A stretch of 45,743 nucleotides of DNA from an uncultured Bacilli bacterium (GCA_944329465.1 CALVII010000003.1:1-45743); one strand, 5' to 3'. Numbered from the stretch's first letter, positions 28,035 through 39,210 are shown. Translations and numbers: made by a program. Notes: generated by a model from the sequence alone, not told the origin.

Positions 28035-29204
28035 ATGAATTTTGATTATATTGTAGTAGGTGCAGGATTTGCAGGAGCTACTATTGCAGAAAGAATTGCT
28101 AATGTTTTAAACAAAAAAGTTTTAGTTATTGATAAAAGAGATACAATTGGTGGAAATATGTACGATTATACAGATGAAAATGGTATATTAGTTCATAAAT
28201 ATGGACCACATTTATTTCATACTAATTTAGAAAATGTTTATAATTATTTAAAAAATTTTGGTGAATGGTTTTTTTACGAACATAGAGTTTTAGGAAAAGT
28301 AAATGGAAAAATTGTTCCAATTCCATTTAATATTACTTCAATTGAAAAAAGTTTTGATAAAGAAAAAGCCAATAAATTAATAAATATTTTAGAAAAAGAG
28401 TTTGGAAAAGAAAAGAAAATACCAATATTAGAACTTAGAAAATATCCAGATAAAGATATTAATGAGCTTGCTGAGTATATATATGAAAATGTGTTTTTAT
28501 ATTATACTATGAAACAGTGGGGACAAACACCAGATGAAATAGACCCTAATGTTACAAATAGAGTTCCTGTATTTATTTCTAAAGATGATAGATATTTTCA
28601 AGATAAATATCAGTTTATGCCGAAAGGTGGATATACTAAGATATTTGAAAATATGTTAAATAGTAATAATATAGAGATTAGATTAAATACAGAATCAAAG
28701 GATGTTTTAAAGGTTAAAGATAATAAAATTTATTTTGAAGATAAAGAATTTAAAGGAAAAGTTATTTATACTGGCGCACTTGATGAGTTTTTTGATTATG
28801 AATTAGGAGCTTTACCTTATAGATCGCTTGATTTTGAATTTGAATCTATTAATAAAGAATATTATCAAGAAGTTGGAACGGTAAATTATCCAACTAAAGA
28901 AGACAAATTTACTAGAATTACTGAATTTAAACATATGACTATGGAGAATGTTAAAACAGATAAAACAACTATTATGAGAGAATACCCATGTAATTATGAT
29001 AAAGACAAAGGTAATATTCCATATTATCCAATTGTTAATGATGATAATATGAATTTATATAACAGATATTTAGAAAAAGCTAAAAAAATAAATAATTTTT
29101 ATTTAATTGGAAGACTTGCACAGTATAAGTATTTCAATATGGATTTGGTTATTAATGAGGCTTTAAATTTATTTGAAAAACTAAAGGAGGAAAACAATGG
29201 CTAA
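28035..29204 (+). CDS. glf: UDP-galactopyranose mutase
   Basis: VVGAGFAG FAD motif, IGGN, HKYGPHLFHT, KQWG, PYRSL, TRITEFKH, PYYP, GRLAQYKYFNMD. GGAGG SD gives ATG 28035. Confidence 0.97.
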   Translation: MNFDYIVVGAGFAGATIAERIANVLNKKVLVIDKRDTIGGNMYDYTDENGILVHKYGPHLFHTNLENVYNYLKNFGEWFFYEHRVLGKVNGKIVPIPFNITSIEKSFDKEKANKLINILEKEFGKEKKIPILELRKYPDKDINELAEYIYENVFLYYTMKQWGQTPDEIDPNVTNRVPVFISKDDRYFQDKYQFMPKGGYTKIFENMLNSNNIEIRLNTESKDVLKVKDNKIYFEDKEFKGKVIYTGALDEFFDYELGALPYRSLDFEFESINKEYYQEVGTVNYPTKEDKFTRITEFKHMTMENVKTDKTTIMREYPCNYDKDKGNIPYYPIVNDDNMNLYNRYLEKAKKINNFYLIGRLAQYKYFNMDLVINEALNLFEKLKEENNG

Positions 29205-30189
29205 AGTATCTATTATTGTTCCAATATATAATGTAGAGAAATATTTACCAAAATGTTTAGATAGTTTAATTAATCAAACATTTAAAGATATAGAAGTGTG
29301 GGCTATAAGCGATGGCTCACCTGATAATAGTGTATCTATTATTAAAGAATATGCTGAAAAGGATAATAGAATAAAATGCATTGAAAAAGAAAATGGGGGA
29401 TATGGCTCAGTTTTAGAATATGCTATTCAAAATATTACAACTGAATATTTCTTAATTTGCGATCCAGATGATTGGTTAGCTGAAGGTGCCATTGAAACCC
29501 TTTATAACTTGGCTACTAAAAATAATGCCGATTTAGTGGTTGGTGCTAAATATTTAGTATATAATGATAATGATGAAGAGGTATATGATAGTTCGCAGTA
29601 TGAAAATGTTAATTTAAAAATAGAAAATGAGAAGATTTATAGTTTAGAAAACAATATGTTAGGTAATGCTTGTTTTTTAACACCTTCTCCACATTCAAAA
29701 CTTTATAAAACTGAACTAGCTAAAAACATTAAATTTCCATATCATGTAAGTTATACTGATTTTTTACTTTATACTGTATATATAAATAACTGCAATAGCT
29801 TTATTTATACAAATAAGGCATTATCATATTATTTAGTTGATAGACCAGGGAATACTATGACTGATACAAATCCTAGAATATTTGATTATCAATATGCTGT
29901 TTTTAATTCCATTTTAGATCAGGTTAAAGAATCTAAAATTAAATATATGTATAGTCATATATTATTTCATCAAATTAGATATGTGATGAATATTTTGAAG
30001 AATGTTAAAGATGAAAAAGTAAAAAAAGATAAAGCTAAGGAAGTTTATCAGATGTTAAAAAGACTTCAAAAGTATCGTAGATTTATTAATAAAGAAGCTG
30101 ATATTTTTGATAAAAGAGTAGCACAATATGACAAATTATTGTTAAATCCTCTTACTTCTAAAATATTTTTTAATAGGTTTATAAGATGA
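29197..30189 (+). CDS. GT2 glycosyltransferase (possibly galactofuranosyltransferase)
   Basis: VSIIVPIYNVEKYL, DGSPD, DPDD. Translationally coupled to glf; specificity is inferred from position only. Confidence 0.88.
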   Translation: MAKVSIIVPIYNVEKYLPKCLDSLINQTFKDIEVWAISDGSPDNSVSIIKEYAEKDNRIKCIEKENGGYGSVLEYAIQNITTEYFLICDPDDWLAEGAIETLYNLATKNNADLVVGAKYLVYNDNDEEVYDSSQYENVNLKIENEKIYSLENNMLGNACFLTPSPHSKLYKTELAKNIKFPYHVSYTDFLLYTVYINNCNSFIYTNKALSYYLVDRPGNTMTDTNPRIFDYQYAVFNSILDQVKESKIKYMYSHILFHQIRYVMNILKNVKDEKVKKDKAKEVYQMLKRLQKYRRFINKEADIFDKRVAQYDKLLLNPLTSKIFFNRFIR

Positions 30190-31637
30190 AAAAATCTAAA
30201 GTAGCTTCTAATTACTTATACAATGTTGCTTATCAAATTTTAACTTTTATTACACCATTTATTACAACTCCTTATTTAGCAAGGGTTTTCGGTTCAGAAA
30301 GCTTAGGTATTTATAATTATACTTATTCTATTGTATACTGGTTTATATTATTTGGTATGCTTGGACTTGGAATATATGGTAATAGACAGATTGCTAAAGT
30401 TAGAGATGATGATGAAAAAAGATCTAGGACATTTTGTGAAATATTTACATTACAAGTTTTAAATGTATTATTTTCGATGCTTGTATATTTTGTGGTATTT
30501 AGATTTTTTGATAAGCAATATTTTAATATATTTTTACTTCAGGGTTTAATGGTATTCGCTACACTTTTTGATATTTCTTGGTTTTATAATGGAATAGAAA
30601 ATTTCAAGAAAATTACAATTAGAAATTTTGCAGTTAAAATAATTACAATTATATTAATTTTCTTAATTATTAAAAATCCTAATCAGGTTGTTCAGTATGT
30701 TTGGATTAATATTGCAATGTTATTTTTCAGTAATATTGTGATGTGGATTAATTTAAAATCTTATGTAAAATTTGTTAAAGTAAAAATTAAAGATGCATAT
30801 AAACATTTTAAGAATACTTTTATATTATTTTTACCACAAATTGCTACAACTATTTATAGTACATTTACCCAAACATTAATAGGTTTTTTATATACTGATA
30901 TTAGTGAAGTTGCTTTTTATAATCAAGCTTATAAATTAATTACTATGTGTTTGGCGATTACTACAACTATTGGAACAGTAATGCTTCCTAGAATTGTAAA
31001 TTCTAAAGCTCATGATGGAATAGAAAAAGTTAAAAGTATGACTAATAAAACTTTTAAGATTGCTTTGTTTTTAGCTTTACCACTTGCTTTTGGAATTGCG
31101 GCTGGTTCAATATATTTTGTACCATGGTTTTTAACTGATGAATTTAAGACGGTAGGGTATTTACTTATGATTATGGCACCAGTCCTTGTATTTATTTCAA
31201 TGACAAATGTTATGGGAACGCAGTTTTTACTTTCTTGTGATAGAGATAAGGATTATACTATTTCTGTGGTTGGAGGCTGTATTATAAATGTTTTGTGTAA
31301 TATATTTTTAATTTCTAAATTTGGTTCAATAGGAGCTTCAATTGCTACAGTGATAACAGAGGCTAGTGTATTTTTTATTCAATATTTTATGGTTAGAAAA
31401 ACTTTTGATTTTAGTGGAATTATAACTAAAGGCTTTAAATATTTTAGCGTTGCTTTAGTAATGGGAATTATTATATTTTTAGTTGGCCATTTTATGGGAG
31501 CAAATATTATTACAAATTTGGTTCAATTATTGGTTGGCGTAATTGTTTATATTGGAATTTTATATTTTACAAAAGATGATTTACTTTTATTTTTACTTGA
31601 AAAAGTTAAAGATGTTTTACATTTAAAGAAAGCATAA
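30186..31637 (+). CDS. wzx: Wzx oligosaccharide flippase
   Basis: NYLYNVAYQIL...ITTPYLARVFG, YGNRQIA, LFLPQIA, TVMLPRI; 12-14 TM segments. Confidence 0.93.
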   Translation: MKKSKVASNYLYNVAYQILTFITPFITTPYLARVFGSESLGIYNYTYSIVYWFILFGMLGLGIYGNRQIAKVRDDDEKRSRTFCEIFTLQVLNVLFSMLVYFVVFRFFDKQYFNIFLLQGLMVFATLFDISWFYNGIENFKKITIRNFAVKIITIILIFLIIKNPNQVVQYVWINIAMLFFSNIVMWINLKSYVKFVKVKIKDAYKHFKNTFILFLPQIATTIYSTFTQTLIGFLYTDISEVAFYNQAYKLITMCLAITTTIGTVMLPRIVNSKAHDGIEKVKSMTNKTFKIALFLALPLAFGIAAGSIYFVPWFLTDEFKTVGYLLMIMAPVLVFISMTNVMGTQFLLSCDRDKDYTISVVGGCIINVLCNIFLISKFGSIGASIATVITEASVFFIQYFMVRKTFDFSGIITKGFKYFSVALVMGIIIFLVGHFMGANIITNLVQLLVGVIVYIGILYFTKDDLLLFLLEKVKDVLHLKKA

Positions 31638-31649
31638 AGTAGGTGTTAT

Positions 31650-32765
31650 ATGAAAATTTTATTTTTACAATATTGGTATGATTTTTATGGGGGAATTGAG
31701 ACTGTAAATGATACTTTAGCTAATCAATTTGTTAAAGATGGTTTTGATGTTTCTATTTTATGTTTATGGAAAACCGGAAAAAGTGAATATGTCTATTCCA
31801 ATAATTATTCTAAATCTTTTATCAACAATGAGCCCAAAAGAGAATCTTATAAAAAAATTATTAATGAAATTTTTAAATTTAAACTTTCAAAATCACTTTA
31901 TGATATAAAGAAAAACTTAAAATTCTATAGTTCTAGAAAAAAAGATTATAAAGATTTTAGTAATAAAATTAATACAATTAATCCAGATTTTATTATTGTT
32001 AGTAATCCAGCATTAATTGAGTTTGTTCCAAAAAAATATTTAAGTAAAACTGTAATTCATTTGCATTCTGGCTTTCAATTTTATCTTGAACAAAAAAAAT
32101 TGACAAAAAAAATATTAAAATATAATAATAAAATTAAATCTTTTGTTTGGCTTTCACCAAATACGGTTAAACAAGCTAAAGAGATAGGCTTTACAAATAG
32201 TACTTATATGTTTGATCCAGTTAGAATTAAATCTGATGTTGACAATAAATTATTAAATAAAAAAATTGTTTTTATTGGACGTTTAGCGCCAGAAAAAAGA
32301 GTTGGATTACTTACAGAAATTTTTAATAAATCTAATTTGAACGCAGATGGATGGCAACTAGATATTTATGGTGATGGAGATAAATTAAATATTAATTTAT
32401 ATGATGGAGTTTGTATGCAAGGGGCTACTAACGACGTCAAAAAAGTATTACTTAATTCTTCTGTTTTAGCATTAACTTCTGAATATGAAGGATTTTCTAT
32501 GGTTGTTTTAGAAGCATATGCTTGTGGAGTTCCAGTTATTGTATTTAATTATGGCGCTGTTTGCCCTGAAGTTGTTTATAACAATGTTACTGGTTATATT
32601 ATTGAACAAAATAATGCTACTGAATATACTGAAAAATTAAAAGAGTTATGTACAAATTATAATTTAAGAAAGAAAATGGGTGAAAATGCTAAAAAAATGG
32701 TAGAAAAATTTTATCCTGAGAAAATTGCTCAAAGATGGTATAAATTATTTAGAGGTGAGTTATGA
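31650..32765 (+). CDS. GT4 (GT-B) glycosyltransferase
   Basis: GGIE, FIGRLAPEK, SEYEGFSMVVLEAYACGVP (EX7E). Confidence 0.92.
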   Translation: MKILFLQYWYDFYGGIETVNDTLANQFVKDGFDVSILCLWKTGKSEYVYSNNYSKSFINNEPKRESYKKIINEIFKFKLSKSLYDIKKNLKFYSSRKKDYKDFSNKINTINPDFIIVSNPALIEFVPKKYLSKTVIHLHSGFQFYLEQKKLTKKILKYNNKIKSFVWLSPNTVKQAKEIGFTNSTYMFDPVRIKSDVDNKLLNKKIVFIGRLAPEKRVGLLTEIFNKSNLNADGWQLDIYGDGDKLNINLYDGVCMQGATNDVKKVLLNSSVLALTSEYEGFSMVVLEAYACGVPVIVFNYGAVCPEVVYNNVTGYIIEQNNATEYTEKLKELCTNYNLRKKMGENAKKMVEKFYPEKIAQRWYKLFRGEL

Positions 32766-33724
32766 AAATATCTGTTATTGTTCCAGCATATAATTCCGAA
32801 AGCACTATTGAGAGGTGTTTGAAATCTTTAATTAAGCAAACTTATAATAATATGGAAATTATAGTAATAAATGATGGTAGTACTGATAAAACAGATGAAA
32901 TTATTAGAAGAATAGTTGCTGAAAATTTTGACAAAATTAAATATATCAGCAGAGAAAATAAAGGTATTGGCTTTACTAGAAATGAAGGTTTAAAAAATGC
33001 GACTGGTGATTTAATTGGTTTTACTGATAGTGATGATTTTGTAGAACCTGATATGTTTGAAAAAATGTTTTTAAAAATGACTGAAAGCAACGCTGATATT
33101 GTTATTTGTAATTACAATGTTTGTAATTTAAATTCTAAAAATAAAGTTGATATTAAATTGCCAAATATTGTTTCATTTGATGACTATCCTCAAATAATTA
33201 ATAAAATTGATTTTGCCCCATGGAATAAATTATATAAAAAAGAACTTTTTAATGATGTTTTTTTTCCTGAAAATTTGAAATATGAAGATTTAAATACAAT
33301 TATAAAAGTATTTTCTAAATCTAAAAAAATTGTTAAATTAAATGATTATTTATATAATTATTTAATTAATTCGAATGGTGAAACAGTTACAATAAATGAC
33401 AAAATATATGATATTTTTTCAATCTTTGATGATTTGTTTTCTTATTTTGATTCATCAGATAAAAAAATTCAAAAACAATTAAAATTACTTTGCTTACGAA
33501 AATTATTTATATATACTGAACTTTCTTTAAATAACAAAAATATTAATTTTACAACAATTTTTTTAGAGAAAGTATACCAGTATCTTAACATAAAAATAAA
33601 GTCATGGAAAATTTTGTATTTATTGAATAGCAACAATTTAAAGGTTTTTATACTTAGATTTATGCAGGTTAACAAGAAATTATATAAGTTTAGATTAAAT
33701 AGAAAATTAAAAGCAATGAGGTGA
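32762..33724 (+). CDS. GT2 glycosyltransferase
   Basis: ISVIVPAYN, INDGSTD, FTDSDD, WNKLYKK, YED. Confidence 0.92.
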   Translation: MKISVIVPAYNSESTIERCLKSLIKQTYNNMEIIVINDGSTDKTDEIIRRIVAENFDKIKYISRENKGIGFTRNEGLKNATGDLIGFTDSDDFVEPDMFEKMFLKMTESNADIVICNYNVCNLNSKNKVDIKLPNIVSFDDYPQIINKIDFAPWNKLYKKELFNDVFFPENLKYEDLNTIIKVFSKSKKIVKLNDYLYNYLINSNGETVTINDKIYDIFSIFDDLFSYFDSSDKKIQKQLKLLCLRKLFIYTELSLNNKNINFTTIFLEKVYQYLNIKIKSWKILYLLNSNNLKVFILRFMQVNKKLYKFRLNRKLKAMR

Positions 33725-33727
33725 ATT

Positions 33728-34618
33728 ATGAATAAACACGCTTATTTGATTATGGCTCATAATGATTTTTATATACTGGAAAAATTACTATTATTGCTTG
33801 ATGATGCAAGAAATGATATTTATTTACACATTGATAAAAAAGTTAAAAATTTTGATTTTAATTATATAAAATCTTTAGTTAAAAATGCCAATATATATTT
33901 TGTTCATCCTATTGATGTTAGGTGGGGTAGTTACCGTCAAATTTTATGTGAGCTAAATTTATTAAGTGAGGCAATTAAAGTACAGCATAAATATTATCAT
34001 TTCATTTCAGGAGTTGATTTACCATTAAAATCTCAAGATCAAATACATTCTTTTTTTGATAATTCTAATAAAGAATTTGTAGAATATGATAATGATGACA
34101 TGATTGAAGATGCTTTTTTAGATAGAATTAAGTATTATCATATAGGTGTAAATTTTATAAGAAGTAAAAATAAATTTGTTTCTAAATTTTGTGCTTTTAT
34201 AAGATATAGATTTATAAATATACAGAAGAAGTTAGGTGTTAATAGGCTTAAAAAATGTAATATGGTTTTCCAAAAAGGTCCTAATTGGTTTAGTATTACT
34301 CATGAATTAGCTTGCTTTATTGTATCAAAGAAAAATATACTTAGTCATTTTAAATATTCTTATTGTGCTGATGAATTATTTGTACAAACGATAGTTGCAA
34401 ATTCTAAATATAAAGATAAAATTTATTTGGAAAATGGCACGAGTTGTTTAAGAAGATTTATAGATTGGGATCGTGGTAATCCATATGTTTTTAAAAAAGA
34501 TGATTATAAAGCTTTAAAAAATAGTAACTGTTTTTTTGCAAGAAAATTTTCTTCTAGTACTGATAAAGAAATAATAGATAAAATTTTCAATGATTTGTAT
34601 GAAGGTGATTTAAAATGA
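33728..34618 (+). CDS. Core-2/I-branching (GT14-like) glycosyltransferase
   Basis: HAYLIMAH, IYLHIDKK, VRWG, YYHFISGVDLPLK, W.SIT, CADE, IDW.RG.PY, FARKF. Confidence 0.88.
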   Translation: MNKHAYLIMAHNDFYILEKLLLLLDDARNDIYLHIDKKVKNFDFNYIKSLVKNANIYFVHPIDVRWGSYRQILCELNLLSEAIKVQHKYYHFISGVDLPLKSQDQIHSFFDNSNKEFVEYDNDDMIEDAFLDRIKYYHIGVNFIRSKNKFVSKFCAFIRYRFINIQKKLGVNRLKKCNMVFQKGPNWFSITHELACFIVSKKNILSHFKYSYCADELFVQTIVANSKYKDKIYLENGTSCLRRFIDWDRGNPYVFKKDDYKALKNSNCFFARKFSSSTDKEIIDKIFNDLYEGDLK

Positions 34619-35766
34619 AAAATATTTTATTTGTTGTTGATGAAAAGCTTATGGGTGGAACTTCAATTATTTTAGAAAATATTTTTAATGAATTATACGA
34701 ATATAATTTTGATTTATTAATTTTACATAATAACGGTGATAGATTTCAAAATTTAAATAATGTTAATATTATTTATGGTACTAAATTTTTTGATGTTGTT
34801 GATTTAAGATTAAAAGAAATAATAAAAAGTAAAAAAATTTTTAAATTGTTAAAAAAAATATGGTTAATTTTTTTAATTAAAACAGGATTAATTAAAAGAA
34901 AAATAATAAAGGAAAGAAAGAAGCTTTTTAATAAAAAATATGATGTGGAAGTTTCATTTAAAGATGGCTTTGGAACATTTTTTGTAGCTTATGGTGATAG
35001 TGATTATAAAATAAGATGGCTTCATGCTGATTATTCAAATAATGATCCGGGCAAACATTATAAAAAAACTTTTATAAATGCTTTGTCTAAATTTGATCAA
35101 TTTGTAGCTATTTCTAAATCTATATCTGATAAATTTAATAATAAGTATCATTTTAATGAAAAAACAAGAATAATTTACAATTTAATAGATAAAAATAAAT
35201 GTAGACCTACAAAAAAATTAGAAAAAGAAAAGTTTGATTTAGAGTTAGTTTCTGTTGGCAGGCTACATCCTATAAAGGGATTTGATAGGGTATTGAAAGC
35301 AATTTTAAAACTAAAAGAAGAAGGTTTATTTGAAAATTCTGTGTATAAAATTGTTGGTGATGGTCCTATGCGACGCCAACTGGAAGAATTTATTAAGAAG
35401 AATAATTTAAACGATGATATTATTTTGTACGGATCTAGTAATGAACCTTGGAATTTTTTACAAAATGGGGATTTATTTATATTATCTTCATATAGCGAAG
35501 CTTTCCCAACTACGGTTATTGAATCTTTATTAAATCATATTCCTGTTTTTGCTGTAAAATATTCTAGCGTGAATGAAATGTTAAGTAAAAATAATTCTTT
35601 TATAGTTGAAAATACTGATGAAGCGATTTATGATGGTTTAAAATATATTATTAAAAATAAAAATAAATTATTTGAACTTAAAAACAATGTAAAAAATTAT
35701 GATTATGATAATATTAAAATAAAAAAACAATTATTAGAATGTTTGAGGTGTCGAGATGATGAGTAA
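34615..35766 (+). CDS. GT4 (GT-B) glycosyltransferase
   Basis: MGG, WLHADY, SVGRLHPIKG, IVGDGP, SYSEAFPTTVIES. Confidence 0.9.
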   Translation: MKNILFVVDEKLMGGTSIILENIFNELYEYNFDLLILHNNGDRFQNLNNVNIIYGTKFFDVVDLRLKEIIKSKKIFKLLKKIWLIFLIKTGLIKRKIIKERKKLFNKKYDVEVSFKDGFGTFFVAYGDSDYKIRWLHADYSNNDPGKHYKKTFINALSKFDQFVAISKSISDKFNNKYHFNEKTRIIYNLIDKNKCRPTKKLEKEKFDLELVSVGRLHPIKGFDRVLKAILKLKEEGLFENSVYKIVGDGPMRRQLEEFIKKNNLNDDIILYGSSNEPWNFLQNGDLFILSSYSEAFPTTVIESLLNHIPVFAVKYSSVNEMLSKNNSFIVENTDEAIYDGLKYIIKNKNKLFELKNNVKNYDYDNIKIKKQLLECLRCRDDE

Positions 35767-38191
35767 ATTTAAGAATCCTAATTTAATAAAAAGTATTTTT
35801 ATTATATTTTTAATGATTCAACCATTTTTAGACTTAAAATTTTTATATGAAGATAGTGTTGTAGAATTTTTTCGCTTTTCACCATCTACTATTATTAGAA
35901 TTTTAGTTATTGCTTTTTTAGTAATAATGGTTTTCTTTTCTAAGAAAAAAGGTAAACAAGAACTAGGTTTATTAATTTATACTTTAATTGTTGGTATATA
36001 CTTTGTATTTCATCATATTAATTCGATGAATTTTGACGCAAATATAACAGGGACTTATAATTATTCATTAGTTAGTGAATTGTTTTATTGTTTACGAATG
36101 GTTTTACCAATTTATTTAATATATTTATTTTATAATATTAAATTAACTAAAAAAGAAGTTGGTAAAATAGTAGCATTTGTAACATTTATTTTCTCATTTG
36201 TTATTGTTATATCAAATTTATTTAAGTTTGGCATTGCATCTTATGGTGGTGGGGCATTAGAATATAATGTAATTGATTGGTTTACACATTCTGATATTCC
36301 TAATTCTGCAGCAGGATGTCAAGGTTTATTTGCTGGGGCAAATAGATTAGGTGTATTATTGTCAGCTTTATTACCGATTAACTTTTACTTTTTCTTTACT
36401 GAAAAATCTAATAAGAGATTTTTATTAATTTTGATAAATATATTAGGAACAATTATGATTGGAACTCAAGTTTCTACTTATACTTGGATTTTAGTAATGA
36501 TTGTGATAGCAATTCTTTATTTAATTTTGTTAATAATTAAAAAAATTAAATTTGATTTAAAAAAAGTTATTTTGTTTTTATTAATTTTTATTATTGAAAT
36601 TCCATTTGTTTTGGTTTCACCAGTTACAGTAGGTAGTGAACAAGCTGAAGCAAAAAAAGCATCTGAGGCAGCGATGATTGATAATGATTTGGTTAATAAA
36701 CAGGAAAATTTATCAGGTAAGCAAGCTAAAATTGAGTTTATTCAAGGAAATTATCAATATTATTATATAAATTATATTTACCCATTTGAAATATATAATT
36801 TTAAAGCTGATCCTGATTTTTGGATTAAAATAATGAATAGCCCTTTTGAGGTTAGAAATGATGATAGAAGATTGCAAGAACTTATATCTGACCATTTATA
36901 TGAACTTAATGATAATTCATTAGATAAATTATTTGGAATGGGCTATTCAAGATTTAAGGCATCTGATTTATATCTTGAAAAAGACTTTTTAGTACATTAT
37001 TATACAATTGGGTTATTTGGAATTTTGTTATTTTTGTGCCCTTATATTTTTATAATATTAATGTCATTTATTTATGTTTTAAAAGATTTGAAAAATAATT
37101 TTAGATTTAGATTTTTAGTATATTTGTGTGCTTTATGCATGATGGTTTTAATTAGTGTTCTTTGTGGTCATATTGTAGATGAAATGGTTACTTATATATT
37201 TATGGCTATGCTATCAGGTTTATTATTAAGGGAAATGTTTGAAAAAGAAATTGATGTAAATTATGGTGATAAAAAAGTATCAATTATAATTCCAGTTTAT
37301 AATACTGAAGAGTATTTAAATGATTGTTTTGATTCTGTTTTAAGACAAAATTTTAAAAATTTAGAAGTAATAGTAATAAATGATTGTTCTACTGATGGTA
37401 GTTTAGATATAATTAAAAAGTATCAAAAAGAACATGGATTTATATTAATTAATAACAAAAATAATTTGGGAGTAGCGCGTTCAAGAAATTTAGGTATAAA
37501 AAAAGCTACCGGTGATTATATTGTATTTTTAGATAGTGATGATATGCTTTATGATAATAATATTAGACTTTTATTAGAAAATGCTTTAAGATATGAGGCT
37601 GATTTAGTAATTAGTAAACTTAATTCATTCAATTCTAAAGGTGAATATGGTTATTATTCAGACAAGTATATTGATGATTATTTTGTAGGTACTTTAAAAG
37701 ACAACAAAAAAATTGTAAATTGTATTTCAGTTTGCAGTAAACTTTATAAAGCTTCATTAATTAAAGATATAAAATTTTTAGAAGGTACTGTTCATGAAGA
37801 TAATTCATTTACTATACGAGCTTACTATAATGCATGTAAGATAGTAATTATTCCTGAGTATTTGTATTACCGAAGAGTTAGAGAAAACGAAAATTTATCT
37901 ATTATGCAAAAGCTTAATTTTAATACATATTTAGATTTAATTAAAAATTATGAAAATGTTTTAAAAAATACAAAACAGCAGACATTTTTATTCAAATTTA
38001 TGATACGTAAAGCAAATAATTATGTTTTGAAACATGTTAATGAAAGTAATGTTAAAAAAGCAAATCAATGTATTATAGATTTGATTAAAGAGTATGCTAA
38101 AACTAATTTTCAGAAGAAAAAACTGATATGTTATAATAATTTATATAGATTATTAATTAAAGGTTATAGAGTAGTATTACGCAAAGGATGA
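35756..38191 (+). CDS. Fusion of O-antigen polymerase/ligase-like (Wzy/WaaL) membrane domain with a C-terminal GT2 domain
   Basis: About 495 aa polytopic region (IQPFLD, G.F..AN, large external loop, LFGMGY...LEKDF...GLFG, GH) continues without a stop into KKVSIIIPVYN...INDCSTDGS...FLDSDD...HED. Confidence 0.75.
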   Translation: MMSKFKNPNLIKSIFIIFLMIQPFLDLKFLYEDSVVEFFRFSPSTIIRILVIAFLVIMVFFSKKKGKQELGLLIYTLIVGIYFVFHHINSMNFDANITGTYNYSLVSELFYCLRMVLPIYLIYLFYNIKLTKKEVGKIVAFVTFIFSFVIVISNLFKFGIASYGGGALEYNVIDWFTHSDIPNSAAGCQGLFAGANRLGVLLSALLPINFYFFFTEKSNKRFLLILINILGTIMIGTQVSTYTWILVMIVIAILYLILLIIKKIKFDLKKVILFLLIFIIEIPFVLVSPVTVGSEQAEAKKASEAAMIDNDLVNKQENLSGKQAKIEFIQGNYQYYYINYIYPFEIYNFKADPDFWIKIMNSPFEVRNDDRRLQELISDHLYELNDNSLDKLFGMGYSRFKASDLYLEKDFLVHYYTIGLFGILLFLCPYIFIILMSFIYVLKDLKNNFRFRFLVYLCALCMMVLISVLCGHIVDEMVTYIFMAMLSGLLLREMFEKEIDVNYGDKKVSIIIPVYNTEEYLNDCFDSVLRQNFKNLEVIVINDCSTDGSLDIIKKYQKEHGFILINNKNNLGVARSRNLGIKKATGDYIVFLDSDDMLYDNNIRLLLENALRYEADLVISKLNSFNSKGEYGYYSDKYIDDYFVGTLKDNKKIVNCISVCSKLYKASLIKDIKFLEGTVHEDNSFTIRAYYNACKIVIIPEYLYYRRVRENENLSIMQKLNFNTYLDLIKNYENVLKNTKQQTFLFKFMIRKANNYVLKHVNESNVKKANQCIIDLIKEYAKTNFQKKKLICYNNLYRLLIKGYRVVLRKG

Positions 38192-38667
38192 TACAAATGA
38201 AGAAGAAAAAAGTTTTGTTTATATGTAGCGTGGGTGGACATTTAACACAAATGTTACAATTAAAATCTATTTTTGATAATTATAATTATTTGCTTGTTAC
38301 AGAAAAAACCGATGTAACAAAAGATTTGAAAGAAAAATATAATGTTAAATTTTTTAAATATTGTAATGGTAAAAACTTTATTAAATATTTCTTTATAAAT
38401 GTTATAAATGCTTTTAATTCGATATTTACATTTATAAAATTTAGACCAGATGTTATTGTAAGTACAGGGGCAAATACTTCTGTTCCTATGTGCTATTTGG
38501 GTAGATTATTTGGTAAAAAGGTTATTTTTATAGAAAGTTTTGCTAAAAGTAGAGGAAAAACCTTATCTGGTAAATTAGTTTATCCTATTGCTTCGACATT
38601 TATTGTGCAGTGGGAAAGTATGCTTGAATATTATCCTAAAGCTGTTTATTTTGGAGGAATATATTAA
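38188..38667 (+). CDS. Alg14/PssD/CpsF-like glycosyltransferase subunit
   Basis: CSVGGHLTQM, RPDVIVSTGA, KVIFIESFA, FIVQW...YP.A.Y.G. Alternative start at 38197. Confidence 0.92.
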   Translation: MIQMKKKKVLFICSVGGHLTQMLQLKSIFDNYNYLLVTEKTDVTKDLKEKYNVKFFKYCNGKNFIKYFFINVINAFNSIFTFIKFRPDVIVSTGANTSVPMCYLGRLFGKKVIFIESFAKSRGKTLSGKLVYPIASTFIVQWESMLEYYPKAVYFGGIY

Positions 38668-38678
38668 GGAGGCTTATT

Positions 38679-39146
38679 ATGATTTTAGTGACGTTAGGTA
38701 CTCAAAAACAAAAATTTTATAGATTGCTTGATGCTGTAGAAAAATTAAATACGAATGAAGATATTGTAGTACAAGCGGGAGGATCAGCTGATTATAAAAG
38801 TGATAAAATGAAAATTTTTGATTTTATTAGTTATGATGAGATGCAAAAGTATATTGATGAAGCTGACTTAATTATTACACATGGTGGTACTGGTTCGATT
38901 ATAATGCCTTTACAAAAAAATAAAAAAGTTATTGCATGTCCAAGACTTGCAAAATATGAAGAACATATAAATGATCACCAAAAAGAAATTGTCAATGTAT
39001 TTGCTTTAGAAGGTCACATTTTGAAATATGATGATGGAGATGATTTACAAGAGGTTTATGATAAATCTAAAAGTTTCAAACCTATTCCTTATAAAAGTAA
39101 TACTGAAAACTTTATTAAAAATTTAGTTAAAATTATTGAAGAATAA
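38679..39146 (+). CDS. Alg13/PssE/CpsG-like glycosyltransferase subunit
   Basis: MILVTLGTQ..F.RL, ITHGGTGSI, PRL..Y.EH.NDHQ.EI. Confidence 0.92.
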   Translation: MILVTLGTQKQKFYRLLDAVEKLNTNEDIVVQAGGSADYKSDKMKIFDFISYDEMQKYIDEADLIITHGGTGSIIMPLQKNKKVIACPRLAKYEEHINDHQKEIVNVFALEGHILKYDDGDDLQEVYDKSKSFKPIPYKSNTENFIKNLVKIIEE

Positions 39147-39210
39147 GTGTTGTTGTTATTTATATAAAAAAATGATAAAATTAAGTTGTATTAAAGAAGA
39201 GGTGTAAGAT

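Noticed and set aside
7769..36895. Other small antisense ORFs (7769-7990, 11758-11946, 14848-15099, 15461-15769, 27465-27653, 32842-33090, 33469-33675, 36713-36895)
   Set aside because: All overlap well-supported genes on the other strand and have no independent evidence.
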